Shown here piece by piece: positions 1-11,962 of a stretch of 64,000 nucleotides of DNA. The stretch is from Macrostomum lignano. Lineage: Eukaryota. The stretch spans positions 1-64,000 of the forward strand of contig NIVC01003532.1 of assembly GCA_002269645.1 (NCBI GenBank), read 5' to 3'. The translations under genes and the position numbers were made by a program. The notes below the pieces were generated by a model. That model worked only from the letters and a program-made list of their open reading frames with translations. It searched no databases and was not told the DNA's origin. How positions within the stretch are numbered: position 1 is the stretch's first letter; each line of letters opens with the position of its first letter.

Positions 1-1439
1 ATGCGGTACGTGGTCAATTACACATACAGCGGCACTAATCGCACGAAATTCATCGACAAGTTCCAGACCAATTCCCGTGCGATCACGCACGGATTCGAAC
101 TACTGTATTACCGCTATTAAAGTTCCTCCGCTCCAAAGCTCAGCACATTTTTTCGCAAAATTCATGCATTTCTACTAGCGAGTTTTTAGTAGTGTAATGC
201 GGATTATTCTTGAAAATGTTTCTTTTCTATTTTTCAGAGTGGAGCTGCCGACTACGAAGAAGACATCGTGAATATGTGAATATACATTGTGTCACCATCA
301 CCGGTCGTTGTGTAAACAACCTGTTAGATTGAGCCACAAAACAGAGATATGACAATATGTAATGTGACCTATTGGCAATTTTTCCTTAGAAAGAAGAGTA
401 AGGAATATCCACCCAGTTTTGCCAGCCGTTATCGCCAGTAAACCGGCTTGGATGGGTTGCCGATATGTAGTGCAAATAACTTTTTAACTGTAGGCTATAG
501 ATATCGCAAGAATTTTGCAACGAAAAACTTCTGACGTTTGGTAGGTCAATGCAGGTAAAGTTTGTCGGAATGTTTTACATGTATATTTCCTTAGCAAACC
601 CTTGCTTGCCTAGTTGCACTGACTTTGTGAGCAGATACAGCATGCTATAAATATACCATTACGTCACGCATAATCCTGGATTCACTGTTGGTTAAGAAAT
701 TAATTTTAGTTTCACTGTTGAGGAAGCTATAGTGCTATAGACTATAGGGCTATGGACACGCATCTTTAGCAGTGTGAGTGTGACACAAGAAGCAAGGATG
801 TTCTCGAAGTTTTAAGTAAGTGAAAACATGAAAAATATAAAGATGGCAATCAAACTCGTGTTCACATCGCGAGTAGGCATCTAAACAATTATACTCTGTG
901 GTTGCATATTAATATTAATATTCATTTCGGTAAAATATACATATGGTACTACAGCAAAGTACTTCAATATATTCGATACCCCCATGCAGCCAGTTAACGC
1001 ATTGAGCGATATGCAAGAAATTATATTAAACACAGAAAGTCTCTAATATAGTGAATTAATTCTGGTAGACACGGATACGCACGTGTACGAAAATATTTGA
1101 ATCCAACAAGCTCAATTCAGTTAAAATAATAATAATTGCCCAACTGCCGCTCATGCAGTCAGTTAAAACAAATTGAGTAAAGCAAAGCACTCGCATTTGA
1201 GACCATTCCGGAGCTGAAAAGGACGACTGAGATACTTGAGTGACAATCAGGATGAGACCAGTGAAAGACGGAAAAAGGCAACTAAAAATGCATGCAATAA
1301 GAGTCACTCAAACAACCTTTAAAAACGTTGCTTCGATAGGCAAAACAATCTGGTTGTTGTTAATGAGTTGTCAGTAAACTTTGTACCCTTCTCAACCTGC
1401 CGCGTTTGTGAAAAAGACTTTGCAACGATTAGCATCGAG

Positions 1440-2705
1440 TCACAGCTTCCTACCAACATTGGGTGCTGTTGACAGCTGCATTCTGGCAGCTCGACTGTTG
1501 CACTGCCTGCTGCTGCCGATCTGCTTGGATACCGAGTTCACGAGTCTTCTGTTGGACGACTGCTGCAGCTGAACCTGCGGATCCGCGTCCGAGTTCTGCT
1601 GGCCGAGGTCTTGCGGCTGCTGCTCCTCATGAGGGTTCTTATCCTTGACCTGTTGTTGTTGTTGTTGTTGTTGCTGCTGTTGCTGTTGTTGCTGCTGACG
1701 CTGTTGATGCTGCTGCATCAGTGCCAGCTGGTGCTGAGGATGCCGAAGTTCCTTGCTGATGAAGCGCTCCATCCTGGCGTAGCTCTCCGGTCTCCGCAGC
1801 GTGTCCATGTGCTCGCCTTCAACTAGCCACAGCGGCTCCCGCTTGCAGTGCTCCGGTATTCGTTCGTACAGCTCCTTGGCGTCGTGCAGCTGAATCATCT
1901 TGTCATTGTCACCGTGGATTAGTAGACAAGGCGAGGTGATGCCCTCAATCTTCTTGATGTTTAGGTAGGGCTTGATCTTGCCGCACATGATCTGGTCCGA
2001 GCTCGTCATGGTGGCCATGCCGGACCGGACGGCCGAGTCCAGGATGACGCCGGCCACCCGTTCTTGGCAGGCCAGGTGGATGCTGGGACAACTTCCGATG
2101 GAGCTGCCCATTACAATGACATTCCTAGACGACAGGTGAAAACGTTCGAGCATGTCCTTGTAGACTGACTCGATGTTTCGGTAGAGATTTCTCTCGGACG
2201 GTCGCCCGGTGCTCCAGCCGTAGCCGCTGTAGTCGTAAGCCAGCACGTTGACGCGGAGGTTTCTGGACAGCATGAACAAATAGGGGCACATGTAGCCATT
2301 GTCCGAGCTGTTAGAGTGCGAGTACAGGATTGTGTAGCCGCGGCTGGGCACTTTGGTGTAGCGGATGTACATGCACACGAGCTGGTGCGAGTACTCAGTC
2401 TCCAGCCGGTAGCTGTACACGTGGCTGTCTACTATGAAGTCCAAGCCGACAAAGCAGGACAGTTGCATTTTGATCTCGTCATTGAACTTGTCAGCCGAGC
2501 TGGTTTGGTTGCCAGACTCGAGAGCCAGGTGCGGCAGCCACTGCAGTCTGCGCTGTTTGCCTGCCGACACCTTGGTCTCAATCTCGTAGCCGGCCTCTGA
2601 TGGCGGGAACAGCGAGGCCTTGGCAACGATGCTCGGCGGCCATGGAGGACAAATCATTGGACAAATGAAACAGCAGCAGACTTTCAGCTTCTCGAAGCAG
2701 GGCAT
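1440..2705 (-). CDS. ABHD17: ABHD17-like alpha/beta-hydrolase (protein depalmitoylase family), intronless, with C-terminal poly-Q tract
   Basis: 421-aa ORF. N-terminal Cys cluster CCCFICPMICPPWPPSIVAKASLFPP (ABHD17 palmitoylation motif), YDYSGYGWSTGRPSERNLY, nucleophile elbow GSSIGS, HGDND (Asp) and GEHMD (His) complete a Ser-Asp-His triad. Confidence 0.9.
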   Translation of the reverse strand: MPCFEKLKVCCCFICPMICPPWPPSIVAKASLFPPSEAGYEIETKVSAGKQRRLQWLPHLALESGNQTSSADKFNDEIKMQLSCFVGLDFIVDSHVYSYRLETEYSHQLVCMYIRYTKVPSRGYTILYSHSNSSDNGYMCPYLFMLSRNLRVNVLAYDYSGYGWSTGRPSERNLYRNIESVYKDMLERFHLSSRNVIVMGSSIGSCPSIHLACQERVAGVILDSAVRSGMATMTSSDQIMCGKIKPYLNIKKIEGITSPCLLIHGDNDKMIQLHDAKELYERIPEHCKREPLWLVEGEHMDTLRRPESYARMERFISKELRHPQHQLALMQQHQQRQQQQQQQQQQQQQQQQVKDKNPHEEQQPQDLGQQNSDADPQVQLQQSSNRRLVNSVSKQIGSSRQCNSRAARMQLSTAPNVGRKL

Positions 2706-2974
2706 TGCTGATTAAAACTTACGATGGTATACTAACTGAAAATATTCCTTAATTAAATATCGATCAGTTATATTTCTTGACAAAACTAGACTTAATGGAC
2801 TTGCGAAGCGACTGTATGACTCAAGGCATTCGATGAGTTTTCGGCCATAGACAATAAATTGCTAATCCGATTGATCCAGGTGCGCTAATATAATCCATTC
2901 TTCAAAGGGGATCAAGCCATATCTAATGACCGTATTTCTCTGAGGCACAACCACATGCACAGATAACTGCACTA

Positions 2975-3415
2975 AAATAACTAGATGGGCCACTCAGGCA
3001 TACGCTCGTATATACATAGTAAAACAGCTTTCTACTTTCAGTTCAGTAGCAAAGAAGAATGCATAAGCTATTTTATAAAAATAAAGTCAGTTGAGATGAC
3101 TTTGATAAGTTTAGAAGTTCAAGCTTGCATGCAGGCGTAAACAGCTTGCTAATTGGTTCAGCAATAATGTACATTGGCCAGTCCACTGAAATGTACATGG
3201 CAGCTTTAAACTGGAATTCCCGAGAAAAGCAATAAAAATTGGGGTGGGGCGGAGGGGGGTAGGGTGGAAGGACGCGGTTGGAGGGTTTAAGCTGGGGAAT
3301 AGGAGCCAATAAAGTAGCCTTGGCTTTACAAATACGTTAAAATGCTTCTGTCTAACCTACTACTGAACTGAAAGTAGCTTACACGCAAATGCGCTGAGTG
3401 GCCCATCTGGTTATT
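2975..3415. repeat. Imperfect inverted repeat pair (MITE-like), arms ~2975-3050 and ~3358-3415
   Basis: ctagatgggccactcag and tactttcagttcagtag recur as reverse complements (tactgaactgaaagta, ctgagtggcccatctgg) ~300 bp away. Confidence 0.55.
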
Positions 3416-4329
3416 CTGGTATCTGAAGGCACAACCCAACTACCAACATTACCAACCGTTCTTTCAACCGTGTGATGTAAGAAAATCTAATTTTTCGAAA
3501 GCATACTAAACACACTACTAACGATACGACAGGTATACGTTCCTTTCCAGCCTCCAGTCTGTTTTTAAGAAACTCGAGTGTAACGTTTCCCTACTTCGGT
3601 TGTCCTTGGCTAATGCTTAACTGCTCTCTTTGATTTTTCCTCAGAGATATTATTCTGTTCTCCAAACTACTTCTATCTTTCTCTCTCACGATCTCTCCTT
3701 TCAGAAGCCAAACAGCTTCCGGAATTTTAATAGCTGAGCAGAGCAAGCTCACACAGGCAAGCTTTGGCTGCCCAACACGCGAGAGCCAAGAGCCTGCAGT
3801 CTCATTTTGCCTGCAGGCACTCTTACATTCTCAAGGGCAACTGTTCGAAGGTCTCTTTCTAATTTTGATCGCTAGCAGTCACGTGACAAAATTTTGGGAA
3901 TTTTATTGAAAGGTAAGAGTTCATTCTTAAAGTGCGTTGGCGCGGTGAAAACTGTCTCTGCTTTTTTAGCAATAAATTGAAATTGCAATTGAAATTGTCA
4001 TTCAAAAATCTTTCAAAAACGTCGCCTGGCTGTGCGCAGTTAGTTTGACCAACTTTCCAGTTTAAATTGTCATAAAATACAGACTTAGCTCTTACCAAAA
4101 ATATTTTAGCAAACTTGCAACACGAGCTTCTCGGGTCGAATGCACACGCCAGCTTTGAATTTGAGTAATTTTTAATCAAAACAGCAAACAGCAAACCAAA
4201 ACAGCAGAGAAATCCCTCCGATATTGCCAATGCACTTTTCCTGCTATACAGTGATGCATAAAGGGATGTCAAATTATAGGCACCAAACTAAACAAACGGG
4301 ACCAAAACGACTGCCATCGATATCTAGTC

Positions 4330-5060
4330 GGCCCAGACGACTATGACCGCCCAGACATCCCATCCAGCTCCCTCACGTAGGGTCCCAAGGGATAAAGAAG
4401 ATATCGAGGGTAAGGTCTGCAGCAGAATCCTCCGCATGCGTTTTCTGGGGCACTACAGCTCGATTCGGGTACAACTCGTCAACTTGTCTCGGTAGCAGCG
4501 CGGCCCCAGTCTCCAAGGAAGTTGTCTAACCGTTTCTACTTGGTTGTCAAGGTCAAGGTTGTCAAGAGTTGGTCTGTGGTTGGCAAATCACTTTCTCAAA
4601 CGCGTGATTTGATCGAGAGCGACAGGAGACCAGAGTCGCAGGCGGTAGTGATCGAAGCTCCAGCTTCATATCGAGCTTATCAACACGTTGTACTTGTGAT
4701 GAATCCATCCGGTTGTCCCTCTAGCCGTGGTCTGTGAGTCACTGGGGAACATTGAGCCGGGTCTTTGTAGTTCATTTGGCTGCAGTAGTGGGACTTATGT
4801 CTCACCAGAAGTGCCAAGTCTGCGCCAAGGAAATCCTGAGTCAAGATTGCAGCTTGTCAGCACGTGCTCGATTGTCCTAGAGCTGCAGGTGCTCAACTCT
4901 CCTCGAGCTCTCTGCATTTTCAGGTTTCTTGACATTGCGACCTTGCATCTGAGATAAATAAGCCAGGTAAACTGATGATGCATGATCCAGCTTCGTTGCA
5001 TCCCATACAGTGATTTGAGTCGAATGAAATGCTCCCATACGAAATACATTGCTCACCCTC
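4330..5060 (-). mobile_element. Degenerate 3' fragment of a restriction-like-endonuclease non-LTR retrotransposon (R2/NeSL/Hero-like)
   Basis: Minus-strand peptide TCSSRTIEHVLTSC..GFPWRR resembles the zinc-knuckle/RYxWRH region; a frameshifted IEL*CP resembles the IELTVPWE motif. Heavily decayed. Confidence 0.4.
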
Positions 5061-5849
5061 AACACATCCGGTTGGTAAAAAATCTCTGCTTCTAGAAAAA
5101 GCGACTCAATTTCCAGATGCAACAGCCCAGAAAATCCACATGAAGACCATCCTAGAGACCTCCATTCCCGGGTGCTTAATTTGACATTCAATTAGTTTGT
5201 CTTTTAACCGAGATGTTTATTTTAATTTTCGACTTCCACTCAACACTCCATCGACATTCACAAAGCTTTCGAAACGGCACAAGGTAGAAACTTGGTTTTG
5301 TCATAGTCGTAAAGCCCCTGCTTTGTTCACTTTCACATGGCTCGCAATTTTAACTAATTTGAATGGAACAACGCATTGTGTTGTCTTTAGTCTTCCGATT
5401 CTGTTCAAGGTTTAAGCCGCAATTTACTTGTAAATGACTCCCGCTTACGATTGTCAGTTTGGAGACATCATAGCGAGCGTACAGTGGTTTAATGACCATC
5501 AATAACTGGGAATATTTGGAGTAAACGAATACTTAATAGCCGAATTTGACTGAAGACGCTACTCGGTGAATAGCTAATGTGGAGAAGAATTTGCATTGGA
5601 GTTGCATGGGAAGAACCAGTCCTGTTGTAAATCTATGACTGCCCATCAATCACTGGTGCGCCTGGTTTCCAGGAATAGCTGAAATTCGAACTCAGATTTA
5701 TAGTTTGAACTTAGTACGACTCAATATTATAAGCTGTTTACATTTCAGCTACTGTATATGCATTGCACTGAACCAACTGGGGAAATTCTACAATTCTTAA
5801 TGTTTTATCACCGTTTTATCATTTAGTTTTTTTCACTAATTTCCCCGAC

Positions 5850-6050
5850 TGTATCTCGTTGATTCACCACTTCCCTCAGAGTGTAACTCGTTGATTCACC
5901 AATTCCCTCAGAGTGTAACTCGTTGATTCACCACTTCCCTCAGAGTGTAACTCGTTGATTCACCAATTCCCTCAGAGTGTAACTCGTTGATTCACCAGTT
6001 CCCTCAGAGTGTAACTCGTTGATTCACCAATTCCCTCAGAGTGTAATTCG
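5850..6050. repeat. 32-bp tandem repeat (gtgtaactcgttgattcaccaattccctcaga), ~6 copies
   Basis: Unit starts at 5881, 5913 etc. Confidence 0.9.
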
Positions 6051-6588
6051 CTCATTCACCATCAGTAACGCATTCAACAATGCACGGATTCACTTAATTC
6101 AGCAACTCACAAATGAACCCATTGATTAAATAACTCATTCGCCGCTTTACCCATTCAAAAGTTCAATTCCATCAGCCCTATAAATTCCTTGATTGATTTG
6201 GCAGCATCCGCCATGAATGCTTAACTATTTCTCTCTCCCAAAGGTTGAACTGCAAAAGTATAAAAGTCCAAATCGAGCCGAAGATAAAAACGCTGCATGA
6301 GTATTAGAGGACGTTGAGTTGCAGAGCAAATTATAATTACCCAGCTTGTTTTGTTTTGCCGAGACGCTTTTGTCAAGCCCATTTTTTTTCAAAGCCAGCT
6401 TCCAGCACGGAAGTGGCGCCAATGTTGACAGAAAGCTCGACTGGCATTCAAGGAAGGAAAGGCCTCTCGCTGATCTCGGCTCTGCTTTCCGGGTGGTTGG
6501 CTGCTTTTTACTAAAATGAGTATCAGAGACAAGCTTTACCGCTGCGAGCCGAGATTTGCTTCGCCTCTGCAATAATGCAAAAATGTAA

Positions 6589-6998
<410 letters not shown>

Positions 6999-7188
6999 AT
7001 GATAGCTGCTCTACCACAGCAACTCAGTGATTGGCTCTTCCTCTCAAAATGATCATAGTTAAGAGCTCATAGCTACCCACCTCGTCCAAAAACTCCTAAT
7101 AAAAAAGAGAAACAAAACCAGTCAAGCTCTGCTGCTTGAAGTCCCTCTCGTCACGTGCGCATCATCAGTGAAATTAAGCGAGCAAAAT

Positions 7189-8427
7189 ATGGGCGACAAA
7201 CACTCGCCCGCGGACACCGACAGAGCCTGGCTGTTCGCCCAGCTGTGCGTCAATTTGGCATCAACATTCTCAAACAGCTGCGCAACCCACCTGTTCCTCA
7301 AGCTGTACCGGGCGTCACCCCGATCGGCTTCACTGCTGGGCTTGCTGCTTCTGTCAGCCAGCGAGTTTCTGTTCGACGCTTCCCACCTTACTTTCACCTC
7401 GGTCAACCTGGCAACTGGCGTCTGTCAAGGCGGCAAAACGCCGGATTCGGTTGTCATAGCAACCAATGCGTCATATAACGCTAGCAACGGTACCAGCGAG
7501 GAGAAATTTGAAGCCGATGAGTTTGCCGAGCACTGGGACAGCAGGATGTGGGTCTGCGTGCTGATCTTCGCCCCATCGAACGCGAGCCTGTTTGTGAGGA
7601 ACTGGTGGATCACCTGCTTCACTCTGGCTCGCTGCCTTGTGATTCTGTGCCCGTTCACCGCCAGAACAGTGTTCACCCGGTCAGTGTACAAGCGTTGCTA
7701 TGCGGTGTGCCTGTTGCTAGGCGTCGGATTCACCGTGCTGCGAATATGGTCGGAGTACGCGGCCAGCGCCACAGCACGGAAATTAGCAGTGGTTGTGCAG
7801 GCGCCGATGCCCAGTTTGCTGGTGTTCGCCGCGTCGGTTGTCATGGCAACCGATTTGGCGCGTCTGCGCTGTTGTAAACAAGGCGGCAGTGGCGGCAGTG
7901 GCGGAGGCGGTGGCGGCGATAGCGGTGGCGGTGGCGGAGGCGGCGGAGGTGGCGGAGGTGGTGGCAGCGGCAGCGGAGGCCGCTCGGACTGGACAGCCTG
8001 GCACGCCGGCTCGGAGCACCTGCAGCATCAGCAGCGGCAGCAAAATCTTCAGCAGCAAAAGCGTTTACTCCGCCGTTGGCATAACAACTCCCCAGCAACC
8101 GGATCGCCGTTTCGTAGCGGCGCCCAGCAACAGCTCAGATCGACGGCCGGCACCGTCGGAACGAACGGCGGCGGTGGCAGCGGCGGCCGCAACGTCGGCT
8201 CGAATCGGGTCATGAGGGCGACTATCACCATAGTAACAGTGGCTGTTCTGTTCGTTGTCATGGAAACGCCGTGTAGCATTTTCGTGCTAATTGGAGAAAA
8301 TTCGGCGTTCACGGAGCACCTGAGCAACATGCTGATTGGCACTGACTCCCTGCTAAACTTTGCCATATTTTTGGCCACTAGTTGCACTTTTCGTAAGCAA
8401 TTTCTCGCGCTTTTCCATCGCCAGTGA
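7189..8427 (+). CDS. Class A (rhodopsin-like) GPCR, FMRFamide/srw-type peptide-receptor-like, intronless, with poly-Gly/Gln third intracellular loop
   Basis: Seven hydrophobic segments; TM3 end WWITCFTLARCLVILCPF (ERY equivalent = ARC), TM6 VAVLFVVMETP, TM7 DSLLNFAIF. First ATG at 7189 (the ORF track starts at GTG 7168); AATAAA at 8507. Confidence 0.85.
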   Translation: MGDKHSPADTDRAWLFAQLCVNLASTFSNSCATHLFLKLYRASPRSASLLGLLLLSASEFLFDASHLTFTSVNLATGVCQGGKTPDSVVIATNASYNASNGTSEEKFEADEFAEHWDSRMWVCVLIFAPSNASLFVRNWWITCFTLARCLVILCPFTARTVFTRSVYKRCYAVCLLLGVGFTVLRIWSEYAASATARKLAVVVQAPMPSLLVFAASVVMATDLARLRCCKQGGSGGSGGGGGGDSGGGGGGGGGGGGGGSGSGGRSDWTAWHAGSEHLQHQQRQQNLQQQKRLLRRWHNNSPATGSPFRSGAQQQLRSTAGTVGTNGGGGSGGRNVGSNRVMRATITIVTVAVLFVVMETPCSIFVLIGENSAFTEHLSNMLIGTDSLLNFAIFLATSCTFRKQFLALFHRQ

Positions 8428-8907
8428 AATCGGCTTCTCTGCAAAAAATTGTTTGTAAGGTTTTGTTCTTCTGTCACGTAATCAGATCGTAAAGTTTAAT
8501 CAGATGAATAAACAGAGATAAACAAAGTTTTTTAAACTAATTTTTACGGACAACTATATTTTATATTCTGTAATTTAATAAACAGATTTTTAAGCCAAAT
8601 TTGGACCTTTGATCTGAAACTCGGACTTCAGGACTCATTCAACATAATGAAGAATAATCATGACTCCAGTAAAACTGCAGGCATCCTACCGCAACGCCTT
8701 TAGACATCGGCCAACACAACAATCACTGAAGCAATTCTGCCCATCCGAGTGGGCAAAGCGAGAGTCAGACGTGTTAACCGTTGAGCTGCGGCAGTGTCCC
8801 AAATTCCATTCCAGGATCCTGTAATCTACTAGCTGTACATGTATCCTATCCCACATGTTCTAGGGTTTTTGTGGTGGCTTGGGCGAAAACGTGATAACTT
8901 GAAACTT

Positions 8908-9150
8908 TGAATATGACATCCTGACACTTTTAATATGACATCCTGACACTTTTAATATGACATCCTGACACTATGACTATGACATTCTGACACTTTGAAT
9001 ATGACATCCTGACACTTTGAATATGACATCCTGACACTTTAAATATGACATCCTGACACTTTTAATATGACATCCTGACACTTTAAATATGACATCCTGA
9101 CACTTTGAATATGGCATCCTGACACTTTGAATATGACATCCTGACACTTC
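8908..9150. repeat. 22-bp tandem repeat (gaatatgacatcctgacacttt), ~10 copies
   Basis: Directly visible. Confidence 0.9.
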
Positions 9151-9260
9151 AAATCAACGTACACTAGCAATGGCCCCTCCCACTATTGCGTAACATTGTA
9201 GCCACACGTTGGCAGTGACTCTATATAACGTTACAGCTCAAATATAAGGTCCACGAGACC

Positions 9261-9620
9261 ATGTTTTCTCCGCGTACAAGCGCACTACACTTGCCATTCG
9301 CTCCCGCAACCGACTACAACAAAAGTGATGAGCAGAGACTCAACGAAATGATTGCATTTGCTGTGCCAGAAGCTTCACCGAAGAAGTGTAAGCGGGTCGT
9401 AGAAATCTTTCGATTCTGGCACGAGAAGATGACTCAGTGGGCTAAGGCAGAACATGGACCGAGTTTGATGGCGCTGGCCGATCTATTCGAGAAGAGCCGG
9501 CGCGATCTCAACTACGTTCTTAGGTGATTTATCCTAGAGATACGAAACAAGCGTGGTGATCGCTATGACGCTTCTACGTTGAAGGATTTCTTCAGCACGC
9601 TGCAATGCTGCTTGGTGTCA
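9261..9620 (+). mobile_element. Crypton-like (DUF3504/tyrosine recombinase) transposon remnant with in-frame stop
   Basis: AVPEASPKKCKRVVEIFRFW...DLNYVLR*FILEIRNKRGDRYDASTLKDFFSTLQCCL matches the N-terminal block of Crypton/ZMYM/QRICH1-type domains; TGA at 9525; catalytic C-terminal part not seen. Confidence 0.65.
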
Positions 9621-11874
9621 ACGAATTCGGACAGTCATGGAGCCTCTGGAAGGACGTGGGATTCCCTGAGATCCGACTTGCGCTTATATTTGTTTTGAGT
9701 TACTTTCCTGTGGCATATTCTTCTGTTGCATTTAGTTGAATCGTTTATTAGGCCGGGCCAGATTAATTTTTTACATTGGACCCATAGACTTATTTGGCGC
9801 GGCCAAAAGGGATACAAATCTTTTTGAACTGTTCCTTGATGCTGTTCAAGTCCTAAAGTGTATTGGAGGAATCTAGCACGCTGAAGAGTGCGTCAATGAG
9901 TGTCAGAATGCGCTAGCGCACGAGTGCACGATGTCCTTCACGCACGAGTGAACGTGAAGGAATCCCATTGTCGGATGATTCATCGTGCAGGAATGCACAA
10001 AACCGTGCAGGAATGCATTTCTGCGCCTAACGCTTTTTCAGTGAGATTTTACCATAGACATCCATTCCTGCACGCAAAAGAGTGCAAGAATGCCATTCCT
10101 GCATGGAAAATCAGCCGACAATGACAGTTTGTCGCGTCAGAGTGCAGCATTCCTGTGAGGTTGTCAATGAATGGTTTTATTGATTTTTGTTTTCATGGTG
10201 GAGGTAAGTTTAAACGATTTTGATCATCGCGGAGTGTTTTACAGGGCACGCGTGTTTTATAAAGGCCGTTTAGCCTCTTGCAAAAATGTTTACTTCTTCA
10301 GTTGAACGCACTGATAATTTAATTCGCTGCATGCGATGCGACTCTCAACACAAGCATCGCGTGCGCTCACCCGCCAGCCCTGTCTATCAGGTTGCACGCC
10401 ATGGATACAGAGATAATCCTGCAGCTCATACCGGCAGTTCGAGCTCGCTGAGCCGCTAATGCCCGCCCGCTGCCCGGATAGCTGCTAATTCCTTAAAGCA
10501 CTCCGGTTGCACTTGGATTTTCATTCAGCGACGCCCTCGAGAGGAGGTCGGCGGTGGAGGGGGCGGACGGCGCTGCATGATGCTAAGGTAAAAATCAACG
10601 CCTGAGGGCGTTGCTGTCACGCGTAAATAGCGTGATCCTGGGGGCTTCGCATGCGAGCAGAAAGAGTGTTCTCCAGCTCTTTCCGGTCTCTCTGCCTGGG
10701 GAAGATTCTCCCCCCCCTGTGATCCCAGCGGCTGCAGAATATCAGGCTTTTGGTTTTTCTTTCTTCTCCCCGATTTCAATTGAAGGCGCGGCTGCGGGGC
10801 TAATAAGCGGAAGGCGGAATCATTAAATTTAATATCTCTTATTGAGCACTGGAAACTCTGGGTGCTGCGGCAATTGCGAAGGCTATTAAAAACGGTTGGA
10901 CACAAGTCTACATGTATATATTTTAAAGAGCCGGCAGCTATTGGTAATTATATTCGCTAAATTTAAATCACTTCATGATATTTTGCTTTCAGACCGATGT
11001 CGCTAAAAATGACGTTTGAAATTAGAAACGGTTTTCGTTCTGTGAGGGCGGTCTTGCAGTCCGAGGCCATGACCTGACCGTCAGAGGGCGGCGTTGCTTC
11101 CAGGCTGTGGTCGAGACCGTTCTGCTCTAGGACACCGGAGAATTTGGACGCTGACGGACTTGCTGGAGCAGCGAGCTGATGCCATCTTCAGAAGCAGTGA
11201 CGAATGAGCTACCATCTCGATAGGCAACCTGTTACTCCGTCGGCGACTCCAGGTGCCAGGCCAACATCATCCGCGTCGAATCGTGCTGCCCACAGCCACA
11301 GTGAAGATGCTTTTATTGAACTTACAGTTGCCATTCGTCTGTCTTGTTATGCTGCAGAGGTTACATTTAAGGACCAGTGGAATTTCAGAAAATCCTGTCT
11401 CTAGAACATGCATGCGTGCGTGCCTTTGCAAGTTTACAGATTTTATGCTTAAAAGTACTTTTTTTAATCGCAGTTGCTAAAAATATCAAAAAACTTTGAC
11501 TCTACCTCCAAACAAAAACATTGTCCCTTCTTGAACGTAATTCAGAGGAAAAAGAATTGAAGTTGAGCCTCCAGTGGATTTTTTTCATATTTTGGCATAC
11601 TAATCATTCCAGCACATTAGGTGCAGTGAGTGTTTGGCCCACATTATCGTAAATGAAATATAACAACTAATGTAATATGTCTATGGTACACATGAAGAGA
11701 GAGAATAGATCTACTTTCAAATAGATTGGAAGTTTATTTTTTATTGATTCGTCTTATTGCAAAGATGAAATGAAATTTCAAAAGTATTGCTATAAGTATA
11801 ATTATTATAGTGAAGCAAAAATTTGAGCTAACCAGCGACACTGAAGCGTAAAAAATCAACCACGAGTTCATCTG

Positions 11875-11962
11875 ATGAATCCGCATTTTGGCGAACGGCT
11901 GCTGCTCCTTGTTCTCTGCTTGTACATCAGTTCGCGTAATGTTGCAGCCACTCCAGCATGGC
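11875..11962 (+). CDS. SUSD2/Mesh-like gene exon 1 (signal peptide)
   Basis: MNPHFGERLLLLVLCLYISSRNVAA-TPAW; donor c|gtgagt, phase 1. Confidence 0.75.

Noticed and set aside
1-289. Short ORF MRYVVNYTYSGTN... (1-120) and a possible terminal mini-exon ttttcag|AGTGGAGCTGCC...TGA (238-289)
   Set aside because: Could be the end of a gene outside the window, but there is no recognisable motif and upstream context is missing.
10525-11400. GC-rich stretches that might be extra 5' (IPT-like) exons of the SUSD2/Mesh-like gene
   Set aside because: All frames are interrupted by stops, and exon 1 at 11875 already supplies ATG, a signal peptide and the correct phase.
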